A stretch of 63,976 bases of DNA, counting the filler, from Candidatus Woesearchaeota archaeon (GTDB lineage Archaea > Nanobdellota > Nanobdellia > Woesearchaeales > CAZJJJ01): NCBI GenBank assembly GCA_046538795.1. It is 7 parts of 7 records of this genome, joined end to end, with 100 filler letters (N's around TTAATTAATTAA, not from the genome) between each part and the next. Parts side by side here need not be neighbours in the genome. Positions count along the whole stretch, not along the records: positions 1 to 27,649 come from JBKHIF010000013.1; positions 27,750 to 34,349 come from JBKHIF010000073.1; 5 more parts are not named here. The stretch is one strand, 5' to 3'. The notes beneath the pieces are model-generated. The model was given only the letters and a program-made list of their open reading frames with translations, was not told the DNA's origin and made no database searches. The number at the start of each line of letters is the position of its first letter. Within the stretch, counting starts at the first letter, position 1. The position numbers were made by a program, and so were the translations under genes. Below, in pieces: positions 19,041 through 29,216 of the stretch.

Positions 19041-20135
19041 ATGCCTGAATATAACAGCAAGATTAAGGAACTGGAAGATCGTATTGCAAATACAAAATAC
19101 AATAAGAAAACACAGCATGCGATAGGTCTATATAAGGCTCAGATTGCAAAACTTAAGGAAAAAGAGACTGCAAGATCGTCAAAAAAGGGAGCTACAGATG
19201 GTTATGCAGTAAGAAAGACAGGTGATGGAACTGTTGTTTTATTAGGATTTCCAAGTGTTGGAAAATCTACTCTTCTAAATGGTATAACAAATGCAGACTC
19301 AGAAGTTGGAAGTTATGCCTTTACAACATTAAAGCCCATTCCAGGTCTTTTGGAATACAATCACGCAAAGATACAGATTCTTGACATGCCTGGAATAGTC
19401 CATGGAGCTGCATCAGGAAGAGGACGTGGAAAAGAGGTTCTTGCCTGTTTAAGAACTGCTGACCTGATACTGATCCTGTTGGATGTAAATCATCCTGAAC
19501 ATTATAAGGCTATTGTAAAAGAGGTTCGTGAAACAGGAGTTCGTATGAATGAAAGAAAGCCTGATGTGAAGATCATAAAAACATCCAAAGATGGAATAAA
19601 GATTGGGACAACAGTAAAACTAAAAAAGATTGATAAGGAGACCATGACTGGAATATTAAGAGAATTCAAGATAAATAACGCAGATATTGTCGTAAGAGAA
19701 GATATTGACATTGATCAGTTTATTGATGTTATTGAAGGAAACAAGAAATATGTTCCCTCAATACTTGTAATAAACAAGATTGATACTATCTCAAAAGAAA
19801 AGCTTTCAGAGATAAAAAAAAAATTTAATCCTGACCTTTGCATCTCTGCAGGAAAAAAAGAACATCTCGATGAACTAAAGGATGTAATATTTGAAAAGCT
19901 CAACCTTATCAGAGTATATCTAAAAGAACCTGGAGAGGACGCAGACATGGATGTTCCTCTTATCATGTTCAAAAACTGTACTATAGAAGACGTTTGTGAA
20001 AAACTGCACAGAGATTTTGTATCCAAGTTTAAATTCGCACGAGTCTGGGGGAAATCAGCGAAATTTCCCGGCCAGAAACTCATGCTTCAGCACAACCTTA
20101 GGGATGGAGATGTGCTTGAGCTTCATATGAACTGA
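19041..20135 (+). CDS. DRG/RBG1-family GTPase with TGS domain
   Basis: GFPSVGKS, YAFTT, DMPG, GRGRG, NKID, ARVWGKSAKFPGQ. Confidence 0.95.
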   Translation: MPEYNSKIKELEDRIANTKYNKKTQHAIGLYKAQIAKLKEKETARSSKKGATDGYAVRKTGDGTVVLLGFPSVGKSTLLNGITNADSEVGSYAFTTLKPIPGLLEYNHAKIQILDMPGIVHGAASGRGRGKEVLACLRTADLILILLDVNHPEHYKAIVKEVRETGVRMNERKPDVKIIKTSKDGIKIGTTVKLKKIDKETMTGILREFKINNADIVVREDIDIDQFIDVIEGNKKYVPSILVINKIDTISKEKLSEIKKKFNPDLCISAGKKEHLDELKDVIFEKLNLIRVYLKEPGEDADMDVPLIMFKNCTIEDVCEKLHRDFVSKFKFARVWGKSAKFPGQKLMLQHNLRDGDVLELHMN

Positions 20136-20136
20136 A

Positions 20137-20532
20137 CTATCTGTATTCTCCAAGTTTTCTGACAAGATCTTTATTGTTCTGTTCAAGTCTTTGGCATGCG
20201 ATTTCTGTATTATCTTTCAGTCTTTTTTCCAGATCGAAAATATCTTCCTGGACTTGTGATTCTAGTGATATTCTGTTTTCTGCTGAGATATAGCTATTTT
20301 CTCTATATCCTATCTCGTGATACCACCCTTTTATTGTATTGATAACTTCCTCTTCGCTTTTTTTGAATTGTTCTTTCCATTTGTTATTTTCTTCAATACA
20401 TTGAGCTACATACTCAAGCTGTCGCTGTTCTTTTCTGCATCTTTTTTTTTCTTTTCGTTGTTGCCTTTTTAGTTCTCTTCTTATCTTTCGTGAATCTGGA
20501 TTATATCTATTAAAGATGTTTGTATATGTCAT
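20137..20532 (-). CDS. hypothetical helical protein, tandem paralog 1
   Basis: N-terminus similar to the 20686-21165 product (RKxRRELxR). Confidence 0.65.
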   Translation of the reverse strand: MTYTNIFNRYNPDSRKIRRELKRQQRKEKKRCRKEQRQLEYVAQCIEENNKWKEQFKKSEEEVINTIKGWYHEIGYRENSYISAENRISLESQVQEDIFDLEKRLKDNTEIACQRLEQNNKDLVRKLGEYR

Positions 20533-20685
20533 AAAATTAGATAATTTAACATTTTTAAAATGAATTTCTTATAAATATTTGAAAAAAATTCGATAAGCTT
20601 GGAAATTTTTCAGAAATATTAGAATTATTTTCAGGACAATCTTTTCTTTTCGAAAAATCTACTAAAAAAATAGAAAAATAAAGCC

Positions 20686-21165
20686 CTAATAATCAACAGA
20701 TAACTTGTTTAGGGCATATTTGTTCATCAGCGCCATAGAATCATTTGCATATCTTTCATTTAGATCAGAAATATTATCTGAAATTTCATGTGATAGTCTA
20801 TCTCTCCTTCTTTCTCTTATATTTTCAATAGTGTCACTTAATAATTGGCGTGCCTGATAAATTGAATTATCAAGATCATCAGCAATACATCTGCTCAGGT
20901 CATCTGCCATTGGGTTTGTTCTTAGATTATTATGACTTTGAAAAGCATCATTGCAGATCATATCCAGTATTTCTTTTTGTTTAATATATGTATTATTTAT
21001 TTCACTGCTTTTTTCGATTCCATAAGCCTTATAGCTTTCTATTGCCTCGTTTCTGCCTTTTAGGCTTCTTGCGAGATCTTCTCTTTTCTGTTGTTCGCGT
21101 CTCAATTCTCTTCTTGCTTTTCTGGGATTTGATTTATAGATGTTTAAAAATCTTGTATTTATCAT
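20686..21165 (-). CDS. hypothetical helical protein, tandem paralog 2
   Basis: Shares RxNxxADDxSxxxAD and C-terminal DSxxLxxxYxLxxL with paralog 3. Confidence 0.7.
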   Translation of the reverse strand: MINTRFLNIYKSNPRKARRELRREQQKREDLARSLKGRNEAIESYKAYGIEKSSEINNTYIKQKEILDMICNDAFQSHNNLRTNPMADDLSRCIADDLDNSIYQARQLLSDTIENIRERRRDRLSHEISDNISDLNERYANDSMALMNKYALNKLSVDY

Positions 21166-21318
21166 GTAAAAAGAGAATGCAGTATTTTTAAAATGAATTT
21201 CTCTGGATGTTCCGGAAAATATCCGTTATAAATAGAAGTTCTTCGATTATAATATAGGTTTTTTCAGAAAAATCTTTTCATTTCGGAAAATTTACAAAAA
21301 AAATAGAAAATTTATGAT

Positions 21319-21798
21319 CTACCCGTGAGTTCTCAGTTGTCTTAGGCTATACCTTTCCCTAAGATCTCTTGAATCAGTAACAAATCTTCCTATGGAATTA
21401 GTTGTTTCATAATCATTTTTTAAAATGTTGAAATATCTTTCTTCATCTCTTGTCCTTTTAAAAGATCCGGAAATCAATTCCCATGCCTGATCAATTGCAT
21501 CTTCGTTCATATCTGCAACTAACTGGCTATAATCATCAGCAAACTCATTTTGTCTTATGACTCGGTCATCAGAATCCTTAATATGCCCCAGATAGATTGA
21601 AAGACCATCCAGTTTATATTCACAAAATTTTTCTATGCCATGAGTTGTTTCAATTTTTCTTTCGTTTATATCTGTGAAATCCTGATGTTCTCTTTCACGA
21701 AGAGTCATGAGATTTCGCTCATAGCGTCCTCTGGAAAGATTGCTTCTCAAAGTCTTCATGCCTCTTCTTATTCCCGATATAAGATTGTTTATTCCCAT
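21319..21798 (-). CDS. hypothetical helical protein, tandem paralog 3
   Basis: ATG 21798 (MGINN); motifs shared with paralog 2. Confidence 0.7.
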   Translation of the reverse strand: MGINNLISGIRRGMKTLRSNLSRGRYERNLMTLREREHQDFTDINERKIETTHGIEKFCEYKLDGLSIYLGHIKDSDDRVIRQNEFADDYSQLVADMNEDAIDQAWELISGSFKRTRDEERYFNILKNDYETTNSIGRFVTDSRDLRERYSLRQLRTHG

Positions 21799-21914
21799 AT
21801 CATATATAGTGTGACAAATACTATATAAATGTTTCGTTTTTGTTGTCACTTGTTGGTGATTAATGCGTGTTTTTTTCAATATGTATATAAATGAAATCGC
21901 TTTTTTGGTGTTAT

Positions 21915-23066
21915 ATGGTGGATGTTTCAGTTGTAAAATGCAATGATTATGATATTTTTAATGTTAAAAGATCTCTTAAAAAATCTTTTGATCTTATAGG
22001 CGGCATAGGAAAATTTGTGAAAAAAGATGAATCTGTTCTTCTAAAATGCAATCTTTTGGCCTCTGCAAAAAAAGAAAGAGCAGTGACTACCCACCCTGCA
22101 TTTGTGGAAGCTCTTATAATTCTTCTCAGGGAATCAGGAATAAGAAAGATTGCGATAGGAGATTCTCCTGGTCTTGAAAGTGCAGAACAGGTAGCAAAAT
22201 CAGTTGGTTTATATGAAGTGTGCAAGAAAAATAAAGTAGAGATAATAGATCTTAAAACATCAGGAACAAAAGTAAGTGAAAAAAACAGAAGGATAAAACG
22301 ATTTACCCTGGCAAAAGAACTTGATAATTTTGACAGGATAATAAATCTTCCTAAAATGAAAACTCATTCTCTTACGGTTTTTACTGGAGCAGTCAAGAAT
22401 CTCTTTGGATGTGTTCCTGGAAGAGTCAAGGCAGGCTTTCATGTAAGATTACAGCATCCGCTTGAATTTTCTGATATGCTAATTGATCTTTATGATACAA
22501 TAAAACCTGACCTGTCTATAATGGATGCAATAGTCGGAATGGAAGGAAACGGTCCATATTCAGGTATTCCTAAGAAGGTTGGACTTATACTTGCAAGTGA
22601 AAATGCAATTGCTCTAGACAGGATTGCATGCAGTATATTTTCCTTGAAAAATGTCCCGCTTTTCAAAGCAGCATTATCAAGAGGTATAAAAGAATCTGTA
22701 ATGGACAATATCGATATTAAAGGAGAGAATCTTAAAGATGTTTCTCTAAAAGAAGTTAAGCATGCAAAAATCTCTATAATAACAAAGCTTCCTTCTTTCA
22801 TAACTAAGACATTTCAAAAAATTTTATTTAGATATCCTTCTGTAAATGCTTGCAACTGCATCTCTTGCGGAAAATGCAAAAAGATGTGTCCTGCTGATGC
22901 TATAAAGATTGAGCCTGAAGAAAAAACTGATAAGAAAGTTCCTCATTTTGATTACAGGAAATGCATACGATGCTACTGCTGTCATGAGATCTGTCCTAAA
23001 GAAGCAATAGTATTGAAAAAGCCTTTGCTTCTGAAGATATATTATCTGTTCCATAGAGATGATTAA
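21915..23066 (+). CDS. DUF362 domain protein with C-terminal 2x[4Fe-4S] ferredoxin
   Basis: VLLKCNL, TTHP, INLPKMKTH, GAVKN, GMEGNGP; CISCGKC...CP and CIRCYCC...CP. Confidence 0.9.
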   Translation: MVDVSVVKCNDYDIFNVKRSLKKSFDLIGGIGKFVKKDESVLLKCNLLASAKKERAVTTHPAFVEALIILLRESGIRKIAIGDSPGLESAEQVAKSVGLYEVCKKNKVEIIDLKTSGTKVSEKNRRIKRFTLAKELDNFDRIINLPKMKTHSLTVFTGAVKNLFGCVPGRVKAGFHVRLQHPLEFSDMLIDLYDTIKPDLSIMDAIVGMEGNGPYSGIPKKVGLILASENAIALDRIACSIFSLKNVPLFKAALSRGIKESVMDNIDIKGENLKDVSLKEVKHAKISIITKLPSFITKTFQKILFRYPSVNACNCISCGKCKKMCPADAIKIEPEEKTDKKVPHFDYRKCIRCYCCHEICPKEAIVLKKPLLLKIYYLFHRDD

Positions 23067-23148
23067 GGAAATCTGGCTTTATTATATATAAAGACATTTT
23101 CATTCCCAAACCCAAAACTTATAAATGAAATCCTAAACCTTTTTTGCT

Positions 23149-23961
23149 ATGGTAATAACACATGCAAGAACCCAGTCGCCAAGTTCTATAAACATATATA
23201 AGCAGTGTCCAAGAAAATATTATTATCAATATATTGAAAAAATTCCTACAAAAACAAATATACATCTTGTAAGAGGAAGCATCGCGCATAAGATTCTTGA
23301 AGATTTCTTCTCAATAGAGATAAAGGATGATGATCCTCTTTTAGGAGATACGCTTTTCAGGTGGATAAATTCTCTTTTTGAGAAAGAGTGGGAAAAAAAC
23401 AAGGATGATCTTTCTTCTCTTGATATGGAAAAATCTCAGCTTGATTTTTATAAAGAGGAGACAAAAGCGATGCTCAACACATGGCTTGGATCTTTTCTAA
23501 AGCGACTTTCAAAAGCCCACGACAATCCAAGCAAGGCTTTTGAAATACTTACGCCAAGGATGGAGGTATTATATCATTCAGATAATTATGGAGTGAAGGG
23601 TTTCATAGATGTTATTGAAGAAATAGATGATGAGGTCAGGCTTATCGACTATAAGACTTCAAAAAAAGCCCATCTTTCTGATGCTTATAAGCTTCAGCTT
23701 GCGATATATGCCCTTTTGTACAAAGAAAAACATGGTGTCATGCCCAGAAAGGTAGGAATATCATTTCTCAAGTTTGGAGAGATCCATGAACTTGCTGTTG
23801 ACCAGAAACTTCTTGATTTTGCAGAACTTGAAATCGAACTTATACATATGAATACTCAGTTCAGGAACAAGGAAGATTATCCAAAGAACATAACTCCGCT
23901 TTGCAAATGGAGCACAGGACAATGCGACTTTTATGATGTTTGCTTCAAGAGTAAAAGATGA
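23149..23961 (+). CDS. PD-(D/E)XK nuclease, Cas4/AddB-like with Fe-S Cys ligands (solo, non-CRISPR)
   Basis: SPSS...CPRKYY, GFIDVI, IDYKT, QLAIY, C-terminal LCxW...CDFYDVC. Confidence 0.88.
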   Translation: MVITHARTQSPSSINIYKQCPRKYYYQYIEKIPTKTNIHLVRGSIAHKILEDFFSIEIKDDDPLLGDTLFRWINSLFEKEWEKNKDDLSSLDMEKSQLDFYKEETKAMLNTWLGSFLKRLSKAHDNPSKAFEILTPRMEVLYHSDNYGVKGFIDVIEEIDDEVRLIDYKTSKKAHLSDAYKLQLAIYALLYKEKHGVMPRKVGISFLKFGEIHELAVDQKLLDFAELEIELIHMNTQFRNKEDYPKNITPLCKWSTGQCDFYDVCFKSKR

Positions 23962-23965
23962 TTTC

Positions 23966-24049
23966 AATTAGAAAATCACGTCTGTTGCGAAAGCTGTAAT
24001 AACCCTTCCTTTAGGGTGGGGATCGGCTTGAGCAGTGATTTTCTTTATT
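23966..24049 (+). mobile_element. MITE/PATE-like repeat, copy 2 (internally deleted)
   Basis: AGAAAATCAC (23970) and GTGATTTTCT (24035); GCGAAAGC; CCCTTCC-TTTA-GGGTGGG hairpin. Confidence 0.65.
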
Positions 24050-24198
24050 CTTAAGTATTCTGAAAAATCCATCGCCGAAAAAATGAATATTTCATTATAG
24101 AAATTTATTTAAAGGCGCAAACATCCCTGATTTTCACTCTTGATAGATAGATAATCAGTTTTATGATTTTTTAATGGTATGAAGTGAGGGGTAATAAA

Positions 24199-25512
24199 AT
24201 GGAACAATGGTATGAAGAGCTGGATTTTGAAGAAAATCCTTTTAGCACAAATCCTTCTAATTTTGTAAAGAATCTCGTCGGCAGAGAAGATGTTATAGAT
24301 GAGCTTATGTATCGCGTAAGAGCAGGAAGCATAGTTTTTGTTGAAGGAGAAGAAGGCATGGGAAAGACCTCTCTTCTTAGGTATCTTATAAAAAAGTTCA
24401 GAGGAAGAGGAAAGGTCATATTTGTAGATTGCGCAAAACTTGAGAAAGAGCTTAACATAGAAGACCTTCTTGTGATGAGAAACGGCTTCATGAAAGGCAT
24501 GCTTCTTAAGAACTATCCTAAAGACATGATACTGCTTTTGGATAATGTGTCTGAGCTTTCTCACCTGAATAATGAGAGGATAAAATATTTCTTTGATCAG
24601 GGTTATCTGAGAAGCGTTGTCTTTACTGGAAACAGCTATGAATCTGCTGATTTTTCAGAAAGTCTAAGACAGAGAGTTGCAAAAGTCATAAAGCTTGAGA
24701 AACTGGAAGAATATCAGGCAGTTGACATGATACGCGACAGGATAGGTGACATAAAATTCTTTTCAGATGAGGTAATTGAAAAGATTGCGGATCTATCAGG
24801 TTATGTGCCTAAAAAGATACTTCATAATGCTGAAGAAGTCGCTGAATTCGTAATAAACATTGACGAAGACCAGGCAACTGTTGATCATGTTACTCAGGTC
24901 CTAAACAAGAAAGGCGAAAAAAATGAAACTGAAAAAAAGGCAGAAAAAGAGACTTCACCAGTAAGCGATGTCTCTGATGCTGCATTGACTGCGATGTCTG
25001 GTTCTGGAAATGTTTCTGAAATATCTGAGACAAAAGATGATGATTCTCTTGAAAAAGAAGAGGATGAATCTGAAGATGAGACTGAAGAGGACACAGAAAA
25101 AAAGAAATCTGATTTTGATTCTGAAAAGAAAAAAGATGATTTTGAAACAGTTTCTCCTGAAGAAGATAATGAGGATGATGAAGATGAAGATTTCTCTCCT
25201 GAGATCAAAGAAGTTGAGGATCTTGAGACAACCAAGATATCTGTCGATGATCTGAAAAAAGAGAAGAAATCTTATAATTCAGAAGTAGAAGATGATTTTT
25301 TTGATGATGACGATGTTGATGAGGAGTCTGAAGATTCAAAAGATGAAGATACTTCAGATGAAGACGAATCAGACAAAAAAGAGTCTTCTGAAGATAAAAA
25401 GAAGAAATATGATGAGACTGATGATTCAGAAGTTGATGATGATTTTTTCGACGATGATTTTGACGAAGATGAAGATGATGATTCAGACAAGAAGCGAGGG
25501 GATGATTTATGA
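24199..25512 (+). CDS. ExeA/GspA-like AAA ATPase with long acidic C-terminal tail
   Basis: FEENPFS N-terminus, Walker A GEEGMGKT, Walker B LLLDN; about 170 D/E/S/K-rich C-terminal residues. Confidence 0.8.
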   Translation: MEQWYEELDFEENPFSTNPSNFVKNLVGREDVIDELMYRVRAGSIVFVEGEEGMGKTSLLRYLIKKFRGRGKVIFVDCAKLEKELNIEDLLVMRNGFMKGMLLKNYPKDMILLLDNVSELSHLNNERIKYFFDQGYLRSVVFTGNSYESADFSESLRQRVAKVIKLEKLEEYQAVDMIRDRIGDIKFFSDEVIEKIADLSGYVPKKILHNAEEVAEFVINIDEDQATVDHVTQVLNKKGEKNETEKKAEKETSPVSDVSDAALTAMSGSGNVSEISETKDDDSLEKEEDESEDETEEDTEKKKSDFDSEKKKDDFETVSPEEDNEDDEDEDFSPEIKEVEDLETTKISVDDLKKEKKSYNSEVEDDFFDDDDVDEESEDSKDEDTSDEDESDKKESSEDKKKKYDETDDSEVDDDFFDDDFDEDEDDDSDKKRGDDL

Positions 25513-26219
25513 GTGATCTTTGGTATAAGGATCTTGGATTCAAGGAAAACCCTTTCAGCATAAAACCGGCAGCCCTGCATGACGAGGTCATAGCTTATGA
25601 TCTTGAAGAAATATATGACAAGGTTGAGTATGGGGACGTAATGTTTGTTGAAGGGCCTTTCGGAATGGGAAAATCTACTATCCTGAAAAATATCATCAAT
25701 GAGTTTGGCGGAGACAGAAGGATTGTATATTACAGTGCAAACCGGGCTGAGGGAGCAAATTTCAGGAAAGCGATAAATGACACAAGAGGTTTTATCGGAA
25801 AACTTTTCAACACCAAGCCTAAAGACATAGTTCTTCTGGTTGATGAGGCAGATCATCTTACAGAAAAGGATTTTGACAAGCTCAAAGACCTATATGAGGA
25901 TGGTGTCGTAAAATCTCTTGTATTTGTAGGTCCTAACTTTGACGAAATGAAGATGAGCGATTATTTTGCAGATCTTGTAAAAGACAATGTTATATCGCTT
26001 ACAGAACTTGACGAAGACGAAGCTGTTTCTCTCATCAGGTCAAGGGTAGGAGACACTGATTTCATATCTGATGAGATAATCAAGAAAATATATCTTCAGT
26101 CAGAAAGAAATCCGAGGATTCTTCTGAAAAATGCAGAAGATGTATGCAGATATGCATTTGAGTTCGGTGATGATCGAGTTCTTGAAGAACATATTGAAGA
26201 GCTTTTCTCAAAAAAATAA
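25509..26219 (+). CDS. ExeA/GspA-like AAA ATPase, paralog of the upstream gene
   Basis: FKENPFS, GPFGMGKS, LLVDE, NPR; ATGA overlap with the upstream stop. Confidence 0.82.
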   Translation: MSDLWYKDLGFKENPFSIKPAALHDEVIAYDLEEIYDKVEYGDVMFVEGPFGMGKSTILKNIINEFGGDRRIVYYSANRAEGANFRKAINDTRGFIGKLFNTKPKDIVLLVDEADHLTEKDFDKLKDLYEDGVVKSLVFVGPNFDEMKMSDYFADLVKDNVISLTELDEDEAVSLIRSRVGDTDFISDEIIKKIYLQSERNPRILLKNAEDVCRYAFEFGDDRVLEEHIEELFSKK

Positions 26220-26370
26220 ATTTTATTTTTTTAATTTTTTCATATTTTCAGTGCTTCTTTTACTTTTCTTATCTCTTCTGAAAAATCTCCTTTTGGTTCA
26301 TAGTAAAGATAATTATTGAAAATTTTGCATGAAATTTTTCAATCCCTCAAACCAAAGGCAAAATGCACCA

Positions 26371-26491
26371 AGGGTGTACCCCTTTGGGGCACTCCGTCCT
26401 TTAGGGTAGGGATACCTAAGACCTTCAGTTTTAGGGATTATAAATTTTTTAAATTTTTAATAGGCTTGAGCAATGATTTTCTTTATTTTTT
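26371..26491 (+). mobile_element. MITE/PATE-like repeat, copy 3
   Basis: About 80 nt nearly identical to 4163-4245 (GGGATACCTAAGAC...GCTTGAGCA.TGATTTTCTTTATTTTT). Confidence 0.7.
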
Positions 26492-26652
26492 ACGATCATC
26501 TCTCCTGATTTCAAATGCCACCAGATATCATAGTTTCCTTTAAGATTGAAGTGAAGGCCGAAAATGAATATGATAAGAAATATTATCAAAATTGTCTTTG
26601 TGGCTTTTTTCCAGTTCATTCTATTGACAAATAGGCTTTGCTTTATAATTTG

Positions 26653-27649
26653 TTAGATCAGAAAGAATAATATTACAGGTATTATTAGGCATCCAAGGCA
26701 GTTGTTTTTTCCTACATTAAGCAGTCCTGCCATGATGCCTAAACCTGTTGCTGTTACAAGTATCAGAAAGCCTGTAAATCCTGATAGGATAATAGTCATT
26801 ATCGTGATTACAACAAGTATTCCTGAAATAAGCATCCTGTAATCTATCTTTGAAATCATGTTTGCAAAAAATTTTGATATTATCATTGCCAGAGTAACTG
26901 CGATAGAACCTGCAATTATTCCTGTCGAAAGATATAGCAGTAGATGACCCATGGTAAAATCTCCAATTATAACAGATACTGCCAAGACTGCCCCGTTCCT
27001 GGCTTTTTCAAGAAGATAAAGTGTTCCAAGACTAAGAGTCATATTTACTGTGTTGATTCCCCCGACAAGTATCATAAAAGATTCTGTTGATGCTTGTTTC
27101 ATGGTCTTTGATGCAAGAATGGCTGCCTGGCTGCTTCCGAATCCCGGCAAAAATGATGCTATGAAGCCAAACACTGTCGCTCTTGATACAGCATGGATTA
27201 TATCCTTGTTTTCAACATCTATGTTTTCTGAATGTCCTTGCTTAGGTATCTTATTGTTGTCTTTCAAACTTATCAAAAGCACAGAAAATCCAAACAATCC
27301 TGAAAGCAATGGAAATAATGGATTTTCTATGTTCTTCAAGTTAAGTACAATCAATCCGAGAGTTCCTGAAAGAAGAAATATAAGCGTACTTTCCAATCTG
27401 TTTTTTCCCTGATAGATAAGATAAGCAATAACTCCAAGAAGTATATAACCTATGTAATCTTTAATTATAGGATATACTATTTCTGTTATTTTTATAAGAA
27501 AAGGTACAAGCATTGTGCACAAAAGAAGAGAGAAAAAACTTCCTATGATTGTAAGACCGACAGCCAGATTACCTTTTCCTGAAAGAAGCATCTTATGTCC
27601 TGGAAGAACTGTAAGAGCATGCGATTCATCAGGCGCACCAAGGTAGATT
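26653..27649 (-). CDS. tripartite tricarboxylate transporter TctA/DUF112-like permease (5' truncated at contig end)
   Basis: IYLGAPD...VLPGH upstream of the annotated ORF, LLSGLFG, LPGFG, ARNGA; multi-TM. Confidence 0.8.
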
Positions 27650-27749
27650 NNNNNNNNNNNNNNNNNNNNNNNNNNNNNNNNNNNNNNNNNNNNTTAATTA
27701 ATTAANNNNNNNNNNNNNNNNNNNNNNNNNNNNNNNNNNNNNNNNNNNN
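27650..27749. other. artificial contig linker
   Basis: N44-TTAATTAATTAA-N44, stops in all frames. Confidence 0.98.
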
Positions 27750-27979
27750 AAAGATATAAAATTCATGGACTCTTCTCCTCTTGTCAGAAGATCTTATTTT
27801 GTTCCTGAATATGAAAATGATGATGATCTGTCTGGTCCTCAAGATTTAAACTTCAGATATGTTCTGACTTCTGGTGGAGAAAAACTTTTTGGAGATATTT
27901 AGATTATTATTGTGAAATATCTACTCATTAATGACAATAAACAAAATCTTTTTAAATCAATCTTAGTTCTTTCGGGATT

Positions 27980-29128
27980 ATGGATACTAAAAACATAGCA
28001 GAACTTGTAAGAAAACCTCTTAACTTTCCTACTGATAATAGATATAGGACAAATGAGGATTATATAGAAGGCAAACTAAGGCTTATATATCCTGAAGCAG
28101 AATACTTTGCAATACCTCAAAGAGAATCTGATAAATCACGATTTGAGGGTGATTGGCATATCTATCATTCGTCAAGTGATTCTTCAATTGATGATGCAGT
28201 TGGAGCTTTCTGTGCTATAAATTATGTTCCTGACTGGATTTCAATTGGCCTTAAAGGAAAAAGACCTTCCAAAAAAAATAAAGTTAATGTTATTCCTGAA
28301 AAAATTCCCAAAACCATGTTTGCTGGTTTCTATAATCATCTTGGTGAAAATGCATCTATTGATGATGAGCTTGAACCAGTAAAAGAAACTGCAGAAGCTC
28401 TTTCACGATATGTACTTGAACCAAAAAATAAAAATGCAGCTTCAAAAGGAAATAATCCACGAGCTTATGCTGCGCTTATTTCAACAGAGGTTGTTGCAGG
28501 TTTTGCAGGACTTTATCCATTGATTGAATCTTTTGTTGCAATTGATGATGTTGATTCTATTGAAAATGTGAGAGAAACACTAAATATGCCTGTTTCTCTT
28601 TTTGATATCGGAAACTTTCCTGGTTTTGATATTCCGTGGATTGCTGCTGCTGCGTGTGGTATTGCACCTCTTGTTGCAGGATATCTTGTATGGAAAACTT
28701 CCAGAGCTGCAAGAAATAGTATATTGAAATCTGATGAAAAAAGTCTTTCAAATCTTCCTGATATCGCTTTTAATTATATGTATGGACCTGATGCTGTAAA
28801 CTTTGTTTCACAGGGTATTGAGAATTATTTTAAGAACAAAGGTATTAGGGGTATAACAGGACTTATAAGTTCACTTTCTGATAAAGAAATTGATATAAAA
28901 GATGTTGAAAGTCTTTGGGAGTATAAAGAAAACCTTGGTGAAGAGCCTTCTAATTATTTTCTTGAAGGAATTACAAGTGCGCTTGCTCCTCCTCAGGATA
29001 ATTTGAATGAATTTCAAAATAAAGAACCTGCTCTTTTAGAAGATGATTCAACTGACGAACCTGTTGTCGAACTTGAGGATCCTGAATCATTTGAAAAGAG
29101 ATATGATACAGACAATGAAGACAATTGA
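27980..29128 (+). CDS. hypothetical protein with two hydrophobic segments and acidic C-terminus
   Basis: 382-aa ATG ORF. Confidence 0.7.
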   Translation: MDTKNIAELVRKPLNFPTDNRYRTNEDYIEGKLRLIYPEAEYFAIPQRESDKSRFEGDWHIYHSSSDSSIDDAVGAFCAINYVPDWISIGLKGKRPSKKNKVNVIPEKIPKTMFAGFYNHLGENASIDDELEPVKETAEALSRYVLEPKNKNAASKGNNPRAYAALISTEVVAGFAGLYPLIESFVAIDDVDSIENVRETLNMPVSLFDIGNFPGFDIPWIAAAACGIAPLVAGYLVWKTSRAARNSILKSDEKSLSNLPDIAFNYMYGPDAVNFVSQGIENYFKNKGIRGITGLISSLSDKEIDIKDVESLWEYKENLGEEPSNYFLEGITSALAPPQDNLNEFQNKEPALLEDDSTDEPVVELEDPESFEKRYDTDNEDN

Positions 29129-29182
29129 TTTTTATTGGTTTATTATCTCTAATGCAACATATATTCATTTTTTATGGGTTAG

Positions 29183-29216
29183 AAATTTTTAATGGGCTTG
29201 AGCAGCAATTTCTTTT
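29183..29216 (+). repeat. short 3' remnant of the dispersed repeat, copy 4
   Basis: AAATTTTTAATGGGCTTGAGCAGCAATTTCTTT resembles 26451-26484. Confidence 0.5.

Noticed and set aside
23149..24049. CRISPR-Cas locus
   Set aside because: No cas1/cas2 or effector genes and no regularly spaced repeat-spacer array seen anywhere in the window
24894..25856. Ser-rich and Met/Lys-rich ORFs
   Set aside because: Shadow frames of the acidic low-complexity tail; the many other antisense ORFs nested in well-supported genes were dropped for the same reason
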